Part shown: one piece after another, positions 34,847-40,559 of the stretch | Numbering within the stretch: position 1 is the first letter of the stretch | How the letters are laid out: each line of letters begins with the position of its first letter | Assembly (NCBI GenBank): GCA_016186765.1 | Contig: JACPLD010000001.1 | Coordinates: 1-40,559 of the forward strand | Reading direction: 5' to 3' | Origin: Candidatus Kaiserbacteria bacterium | Lineage (GTDB): Bacteria > Patescibacteriota > Minisyncoccia > Phycocordibacterales > UBA2100 | DNA: 40,559 nt | Notes under the pieces: model-generated | The model's database searches: none | The model's input: only the letters and a program-made list of their open reading frames with translations | Told to the model about the DNA's origin: nothing | Made by a program: the position numbers and the translations under genes

Positions 34847-35598
34847 TTATGCTCGAAGTACTTGCTGCCTCGCTTCTCGTCATGCTCGTCTCGCTGTCGG
34901 GAAAGCTCATCACATGGCACGGCGTAGGACCTCTCATCGAGCGCAATCTGCACTTTTTTGTAAGTTTTGCAGCAGGCGTTCTCCTTATCATCGCCTATAG
35001 TCTTTCGACAGAGCTTGTCGAGCATGCGGGTTCGCTTTCGACAGGACTGCCGTGGATCGCGATAGGTGCAGTCGTCGTGCTTGTCGCCTTTCGCTACATT
35101 CCGCAGTTCCATCATCACCACGACAAAGAAGACCACCCTCATTCGATGATCGATGTCAATCGCCTCTTCGCGAGCGATGCTGTACACAATATTGGCGATG
35201 GTATCGTGATCGTTGTGTCGTTTGCCGCCTCGCCCGTGCTTGGTATCGCGAGCACCATAAGCATCATGGTGCACGAAATGCTCCAAGAGATCTCGGAATT
35301 CTTCGTGTATCGGGAAGCCGGCCTACCGGTTCGCCTCGCACTCACCTTAAATTTCATTACCTCAGGCACCATTCTCATTGGTACATTTGGTGCATTCTTT
35401 CTCTTGGAGAGATTCGAGGCGCTCGAAGTGCCGCTGCTTGGTCTGTCAGCAGGTTCTTACCTCGTGGTAGTCTTTCATGATCTCATTCCGCACTCGATCT
35501 CGAAGGGTAACGGCCGCGCTCATCTCGCAAAACACGCAGCGTTTTTTGTGGCAGGTCTCGCCCTCATGGCGGTTCTCGTCACGTTTCTCCCGGCATAG
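34843..35598 (+). CDS. ZIP family metal transporter
   Basis: SFAAGVLL, His-rich loop HHHHDKEDH, DAVHNIGDG, HEMLQEISEF, DLIPH. Confidence 0.92.
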   Translation: MIMLEVLAASLLVMLVSLSGKLITWHGVGPLIERNLHFFVSFAAGVLLIIAYSLSTELVEHAGSLSTGLPWIAIGAVVVLVAFRYIPQFHHHHDKEDHPHSMIDVNRLFASDAVHNIGDGIVIVVSFAASPVLGIASTISIMVHEMLQEISEFFVYREAGLPVRLALTLNFITSGTILIGTFGAFFLLERFEALEVPLLGLSAGSYLVVVFHDLIPHSISKGNGRAHLAKHAAFFVAGLALMAVLVTFLPA

Positions 35599-35630
35599 CG
35601 CGTCGAAATTCTAGTGCTAGGATAGCGGGC

Positions 35631-36050
35631 ATGCAGCCAGTGTGGCATGGGGCTATCGGACTCGGGCTGATCGTAGCCTTTTTTTGCGTCCTCGGAGTGA
35701 TTGCATATCAGCTCTACGGACCGGGTATCGATTTCGATGTTCCGGATTATTTGCTTCCAGCCGGCTGGGCGACCACGACCGGGCAGGCGGTTGTAGGAGA
35801 CCCGCTCGCAGACTATGCGGGAGCGCTGTTCGAATGTGCTGATGAAAAAGCCCTCAAAGCAGAATTTCTCGATGGGAGCATTCGCCTCGTACTTTCTGAC
35901 GGTCGACAGCTGAGCCTTCCGCAAACGGTTTCGGCAAGTGGCGTGCGATACGCGAATACGGATGAAAGCTTCGTATTTTGGAACAAAGGGATTACGGCAT
36001 ATATTGAGGAGAGCGGAACGCAAACATACTCATCCTGTCTGCAGCAATAA
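35631..36050 (+). CDS. MliC/PliC lysozyme-inhibitor domain protein
   Basis: F.C, LPQTVSASGVRYAN..ESFVFWNKG, C-terminal Cys; N-terminal TM anchor. Confidence 0.85.
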   Translation: MQPVWHGAIGLGLIVAFFCVLGVIAYQLYGPGIDFDVPDYLLPAGWATTTGQAVVGDPLADYAGALFECADEKALKAEFLDGSIRLVLSDGRQLSLPQTVSASGVRYANTDESFVFWNKGITAYIEESGTQTYSSCLQQ

Positions 36051-36079
36051 GAAGGAGCTGCGTGGTATGATGATTTTTC

Positions 36080-37528
36080 ATGGGTGAAGCTGATATCCGC
36101 GCCGAACGTCTCAAAAAGCTCGAGATACTCAAAAAGGCCGGCATGGATCCGTATCCTGCCGAAAGTGAGCGCGACACGTCTATCGCTGAGTTTCTTGCTG
36201 ACTTTGGAGCGCTCATGAAGAAAAGCCGCACTATCAGGCTTGCGGGCCGCATTATGGCGCGCCGCGGGCAAGGCGGAATAATATTTGCTGACGTCTCAGA
36301 TGGGACCGGCCGCGCACAGATTGTTCTGCAAGCAGACAGTAAAGTGGATATCAAACTTTTCGATCAGGCGGTTGACGTGGGAGATTTTGTCCAGTTCTCC
36401 GGTACTGCATTTCAGACAAAACGCGGCGAGAAATCGCTGAAAGTTGGAAGTTGGAAAGTGCTTGCGAAATCTCTCCTTCCTATTCCCGATGAGTGGTATG
36501 GCCTCAAAGATGAAGAATTAGTCTTACGGCAGCGGTATCTCGATATCCTTCTCAACGACGACGTGCGAGCAATGTTCGAGCGCCGCGCGAAATTCTGGCA
36601 GGTAATTCGGGATTTCTACCTTAAGCGTGGGTTTCTCGAAGTTGAATCTCCTGTGCTGGAAAATACGCCGGGAGGCGCCGATGCGCGGCCGTTCATTACG
36701 CATCACAATGCTTTGGGCATCGACGTCTATCTGCGCATCTCGCTCGAGCTATGGCACAAGCGGCTTCTCGTTGCGGGGCTCCCGAAGGTCTTCGAGATAG
36801 GTCGCGTATTTCGCAATGAAGGGCAGTCACGAGAGCATCTGCAGGATTTTACCTTTCTGGAATCGTATGAGGCCTACAGCGATATGCAAAAGGGAATGCA
36901 ATTTGCACAAGAGCTCTACCGGTATGTCGCAAAGGAAGTCTATGGCAAGTATACGTTCGAGATCGGCGATCATACTATCGATCTTGCCGAAGATTGGCCG
37001 CTCGTTGATTTCAGTGACGTCGTGCGAAAGGAATTCGGCATCAGTCCGCTGACAGCAGACGAATCGGAAATTATGCACGCGGCTTCGAGGGCGGGAGCAG
37101 AAGCCCATGCTCTTGCGAACAAAGAGCGTGCTGTTGACTACCTCTGGAAGAAGACTCGTAAGAGAATTTCTGGTCCTGCGTTTCTGGTAGGGATTCCTGT
37201 GTACCTTGAGCCTCTTGCGAAGCGCTCTACAGAGAATCCCGGGACCGTCGAGCGGCTGCAAGTCATCATCGCTGGCACCGAGATGGGCAAGGGCTTCAGC
37301 GAGCTCAACGATCCTCTCGATCAGCGCGCCCGCTTCGAGGAGCAGCAGAAGTTGCGCGACCAAGGCGATGAAGAGGCGCAACGCTTGGATCTCGACTACA
37401 TCCGCGCAATGGAGTATGGCATGCCGCCTGCCTTCGGCTTTGGCGTTTCGGAGCGACTCTTTGCTTTCCTCGAAAATAAACCTGCTTACCTCGCGCAGTT
37501 ATTCCCCCTCCTGCGCCCGAAGCAATGA
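36080..37528 (+). CDS. lysS: Lysine--tRNA ligase (class II)
   Basis: OB fold (AGRIM..RGQG), RQRYLD, GGADARPF.THHN, EIGRVFRNEG, ELNDP, EYGMPPAFGFG. Confidence 0.96.
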   Translation: MGEADIRAERLKKLEILKKAGMDPYPAESERDTSIAEFLADFGALMKKSRTIRLAGRIMARRGQGGIIFADVSDGTGRAQIVLQADSKVDIKLFDQAVDVGDFVQFSGTAFQTKRGEKSLKVGSWKVLAKSLLPIPDEWYGLKDEELVLRQRYLDILLNDDVRAMFERRAKFWQVIRDFYLKRGFLEVESPVLENTPGGADARPFITHHNALGIDVYLRISLELWHKRLLVAGLPKVFEIGRVFRNEGQSREHLQDFTFLESYEAYSDMQKGMQFAQELYRYVAKEVYGKYTFEIGDHTIDLAEDWPLVDFSDVVRKEFGISPLTADESEIMHAASRAGAEAHALANKERAVDYLWKKTRKRISGPAFLVGIPVYLEPLAKRSTENPGTVERLQVIIAGTEMGKGFSELNDPLDQRARFEEQQKLRDQGDEEAQRLDLDYIRAMEYGMPPAFGFGVSERLFAFLENKPAYLAQLFPLLRPKQ

Positions 37529-38091
37529 AGACCGTTTACGGTGAGCGAAGTCGAACCGCTGTTTTTGGAGGCGGATGTTTTTGGTGCACAGAGGCAGTAT
37601 TTCAAATGCTGAAGGGGGTTACAAAGGTCGAGCCTGGTTATTCCGGGGGGAAAATGGACGATCCGACTTATGAGGCTGTCTCAAGCGGGACGACAGGACA
37701 CGCAGAGGTCATTCGTGTGACATACGATCCTGTCCTCATCTCATATGACGATTTGCTCACTGTTTTCTTCGGCTCTCACGATCCGACGAGCATGAATCGG
37801 CAAGGCGGAGATGTGGGAGAGCAGTACCGCTCGATAATCTTTTATCAGACCGATGACGAGCAACGTGTCGCCGAGAAGAAGATTGCAGAGATAAATGAAA
37901 GCCTCAAGGATGGTACACGCATCGTCACAGAGCTCGCGCCATTCAGAAATTTCTACAAAGCAGAGGATTACCATCAGAATTACTACAAGACCAATACGAG
38001 CGCTCCCTACTGCCAGCTCGTTATCGAGCCCAAGATCGAAAAAGTTCGCAAGCGCTTTGCTGAGCTGCTCAACGACAATGCAAAGAAGTGA
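37525..38091 (+). CDS. msrA: Peptide-methionine (S)-S-oxide reductase
   Basis: GGGCFWCTE, GTTGHAE, HDPT..NRQG.DVGEQYRS, AEDYHQNYY. Confidence 0.96.
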   Translation: MKTVYGERSRTAVFGGGCFWCTEAVFQMLKGVTKVEPGYSGGKMDDPTYEAVSSGTTGHAEVIRVTYDPVLISYDDLLTVFFGSHDPTSMNRQGGDVGEQYRSIIFYQTDDEQRVAEKKIAEINESLKDGTRIVTELAPFRNFYKAEDYHQNYYKTNTSAPYCQLVIEPKIEKVRKRFAELLNDNAKK

Positions 38092-38509
38092 ATTCGAAAA
38101 ATTGGTGGCCGAAGGATATGAGCGTCTGCCGAAATGGGTCCAGCAGAAAATAAAAAATGTTGGTCTCCTCGTTGAGGATGAGCCGTCAGAGGAAGACCGA
38201 AAAGCGCAAGGACTCTCCGACGACGAGACGCTTCTTGGCCTCTACAAGGGCATTCCTCTCTCCGAACGTGGGGAGCACTACGGTGTGGGCCCAACTATGC
38301 CCGACACGATTACGCTCTATCAGATTCCGATCGAAGATGCCGCCGAAGAATTAAGGACTTACGATGTCGTTAATAACGACTTACGAAGTCGTTATTTGGA
38401 AAACGTCAGGAAAGTTGTGGCAGAAACCATTTGGCATGAGTTTGCACACCATTTTGGGATGGATGAGGGAGAGGTGCAGGCTCGGGAGCATCGACGGAAA
38501 GATTTTTAG
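38078..38509 (+). CDS. Zincin-like metallopeptidase family protein
   Basis: LLGLYKGIPLSER, PDTITLYQ.PI, HEFAHHFG (HExxH). Confidence 0.9.
   Translation: MQRSEFEKLVAEGYERLPKWVQQKIKNVGLLVEDEPSEEDRKAQGLSDDETLLGLYKGIPLSERGEHYGVGPTMPDTITLYQIPIEDAAEELRTYDVVNNDLRSRYLENVRKVVAETIWHEFAHHFGMDEGEVQAREHRRKDF
38352..38396. repeat. Two tandem 22-bp palindromic units in frame in the zincin gene
   Basis: TAAGGACTTACGATGTCGTTAA TAACGACTTACGAAGTCGTTAT; the second forms AATAACGACTT-ACG-AAGTCGTTATT. Confidence 0.8.
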
Positions 38510-38556
38510 AGCACAGATATTTTTCTGCTGAGAAATTTCTCTCCTTAGCTGGGGTA

Positions 38557-38640
38557 GGAACCTCCGCCATGCAATTTTCCGCCTGCGAAACTCGCTACGC
38601 TCAAACAGTCCTCGTCGAAAAATTGCATGGCGGAGGTTCC
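38557..38640. repeat. 84-bp intergenic element with perfect 22-bp terminal inverted repeats (MITE/REP-like)
   Basis: GGAACCTCCGCCATGCAATTTT..AAAATTGCATGGCGGAGGTTCC; the loop contains AAACTCGCTACGCTCAAACAG. Confidence 0.8.
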
Positions 38641-38714
38641 AGAACGACGCGCTCCGCGAGTCTCTAAAAACCTTCCCGCCGCCACTCCCTTCGCATGGTA
38701 TAGTGGTGGCAAAT

Positions 38715-39968
38715 ATGGCGAAACTTTCGGCAATTCTCAAAGAGCGCGGCTATGTGTATCAGTTTTCTTCCGAAAAACTCGAAGAGATTACCGACGGCCC
38801 CAAGCGCACGCTCTACCTTGGCATTGACCCCTCCGCTGATTCGCTTCAAGTTGGTCAGCTCCAAGCGTTCCTCGTTCTTCGGTATTTTCTCGAGGACGGG
38901 CACAAAGTAATCCTCGTCATCGGCCGCGGCACGGGAATGATAGGTGATCCTGGTGGCAAAGCGGCAGAGCGAGCGTTACTCGACGCCGAGACGGTCGCTC
39001 GGAATGCCGAGAAAATTTCGGAACAGGTGAAACGATTGTTTGGCTCCGAGGATTTCACGCTTGTCGATAACGCCGAATGGCTAGGGAAGCTGCATCTGAT
39101 CGAATTCCTCCGAGAAGTCGGGAAGCATTTCACGGTAAATGCGATGCTCCAGCGCGACTTCATCAGGGACCGCGTCAAGGATCCGGAGAAAGGCATTTCG
39201 TACACGGAATTTTCATACGCGCTCCTGCAGGCCTATGACTACCTTTACCTGCACGAGAAACATGGTTGCGACCTTCAGGTTGGTGGCTCGGATCAGTGGG
39301 GCAACATTATCTCTGGTGTCGATTTTATCCGTCGCAGGACGGGTGAGGTTGTGTATGCGTTTACGTGGCCACTCTTGGTCGACAAAACCACTGGCCGGAA
39401 ATTCGGCAAGAGCGAAGCTGGCACCATATGGCTCGAAGCGGCAAAAACCTCGCCGTACCAGTTTTACCAATTTTGGATCAATGCGGAGGATGAGAATCTT
39501 CGAGAATATCTCTTAAAAATGACCATGCTCTCGAAGACAGAGATCGACGCGGCACTCGAGCTGCACAAGCGTGATCCGAAGGAGCGGCACGGCCAGCAGA
39601 TCCTCGCGCTCGAGGTGACGAAGCTCGTACATGGAGAGGAGGAAGCAATGAAAGCGGAGCGTATCTCGCAGGTCCTGTTTGGCGACGGAAATGTGCGAGG
39701 GCTCGAGCGCGATTCACTTGAGATGCTGAAGAGCACTGCGCCTTCACAACAAGTTCAGACGGGATTCCCTATCATAGACGCGCTGGTGGCCGCCGGGCTA
39801 TGCCACTCTAAAAGGGAGGCGCGCCAATTCCTTGCGGACGAGGCTGTCATGCTGAACGGCCAAACGATCACCGACCCGAAGCGGAAGCTCGGGCCGGATG
39901 ATTTTTATGAGGGGATTGCTCTGCTTGCGCGAGGCAAGAAGAATGTGTGCGTGCTAATGCTTTCTTGA
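38715..39968 (+). CDS. tyrS: Tyrosine--tRNA ligase
   Basis: LYLGIDPSADSLQVG, YALLQAYD, QVGGSDQWGNI, KFGKS; C-terminal S4-like domain. Confidence 0.96.
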   Translation: MAKLSAILKERGYVYQFSSEKLEEITDGPKRTLYLGIDPSADSLQVGQLQAFLVLRYFLEDGHKVILVIGRGTGMIGDPGGKAAERALLDAETVARNAEKISEQVKRLFGSEDFTLVDNAEWLGKLHLIEFLREVGKHFTVNAMLQRDFIRDRVKDPEKGISYTEFSYALLQAYDYLYLHEKHGCDLQVGGSDQWGNIISGVDFIRRRTGEVVYAFTWPLLVDKTTGRKFGKSEAGTIWLEAAKTSPYQFYQFWINAEDENLREYLLKMTMLSKTEIDAALELHKRDPKERHGQQILALEVTKLVHGEEEAMKAERISQVLFGDGNVRGLERDSLEMLKSTAPSQQVQTGFPIIDALVAAGLCHSKREARQFLADEAVMLNGQTITDPKRKLGPDDFYEGIALLARGKKNVCVLMLS

Positions 39969-39980
39969 TAGAGTAGCCGG

Positions 39981-40559
39981 ATGGCGGGCTTTAAACTCAA
40001 ATCCGACTACAAGCCGGCAGGGGATCAGCCGAAAGCGATTACTGCACTCGTCGCAGGTCTTAAGGAAGGGGAGCGAGATCAGACGCTGCTTGGTGTCACT
40101 GGCTCGGGTAAAACCTTCACGATCGCAAATGTCATCCACGCGTGGCAAAAGCCGACACTTGTCATTGCGCACAACAAGACGCTCGCTGCGCAGCTTGCGG
40201 CAGAGTATCGTGATTTTTTCCCAAAGAACGCCGTGCATTACTTTGTTTCGTACTATGACTTCTATCAACCGGAAGCCTACGTACCGATCACCGACACCTA
40301 CATCGAGAAGGAAGCCGACATCAACGAAGATATTGAACGCTTGAGGCATGCGGCGACACAAGCGCTCCTCACGCGCAGAGACGTCATCATTGTTGCCTCG
40401 GTTTCTTGTATCTATGGCCTCGGCTCTCCGGTGGAGTACGAAAAGGTCAATCTTAAGCTTAAAAAGGGCGAGATGATGACGCGCGCGATGCTTACGCGCA
40501 TGCTTACCTCCATATACTTCGAGCGCACGACAGGTGATCTCTCTCCGGGAACGTTCCGC
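39981..40559 (+). CDS. uvrB: Excinuclease ABC subunit B (5' part; runs off the window)
   Basis: Manual translation: [71 protein letters not shown]. Confidence 0.96.
   Translation, partial: MAGFKLKSDYKPAGDQPKAITALVAGLKEGERDQTLLGVTGSGKTFTIANVIHAWQKPTLVIAHNKTLAAQLAAEYRDFFPKNAVHYFVSYYDFYQPEAYVPITDTYIEKEADINEDIERLRHAATQALLTRRDVIIVASVSCIYGLGSPVEYEKVNLKLKKGEMMTRAMLTRMLTSIYFERTTGDLSPGTFR

Noticed and set aside
38510-38714. T-box riboswitch upstream of tyrS
   Set aside because: No GGTGGNACCGCG T-box motif or specifier stem. A TATAGT -10 at 38699-38704 implies a very short leader that excludes the hairpin.

Overview
Gene-dense chromosomal segment of a bacterium using the standard code (TGA is a stop). 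Gene content and style (short DnaX, Rel without ACT, PG-binding/Ig surface protein, PsbP-like and MliC exported proteins) suggest Patescibacteria/CPR, Parcubacteria-like; this is inference, not a database result. It holds tRNA-Leu(CAA), tRNA-Gln(UUG) and about 50 CDS, including parB, rel, topA, dprA, serS, ftsQ-like, dnaX, a DEAD-box helicase, lysC-asd, gdh, purF, pyrB, an undecaprenyl-phosphate recycling trio, Fur/Zur-ZIP, lysS, msrA, tyrS and the start of uvrB. I see no CRISPR array, integrase or transposase. The most unusual signal is below gene scale. Several families of 20-50 bp palindromic or heptameric repeats sit in frame inside conserved genes (topA, serS, ftsQ-like, a thioredoxin-fold protein, gdh, a zincin-like protein, possibly purF) and add short foreign peptides. 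Related copies, one of them nested, occur between genes. In one family the loop is constant and the stem pairs with the flanking host codons. A second pattern is two-tier gene architecture: many core genes look leaderless (TAnnnT 5-8 nt before ATG), while four accessory genes are self-contained promoter-leader-SD-ORF-terminator cassettes. Also present are several microproteins missed by the ORF track, a probable chimeric gene, a structured helicase leader and a tRNA-3'-end duplication element.
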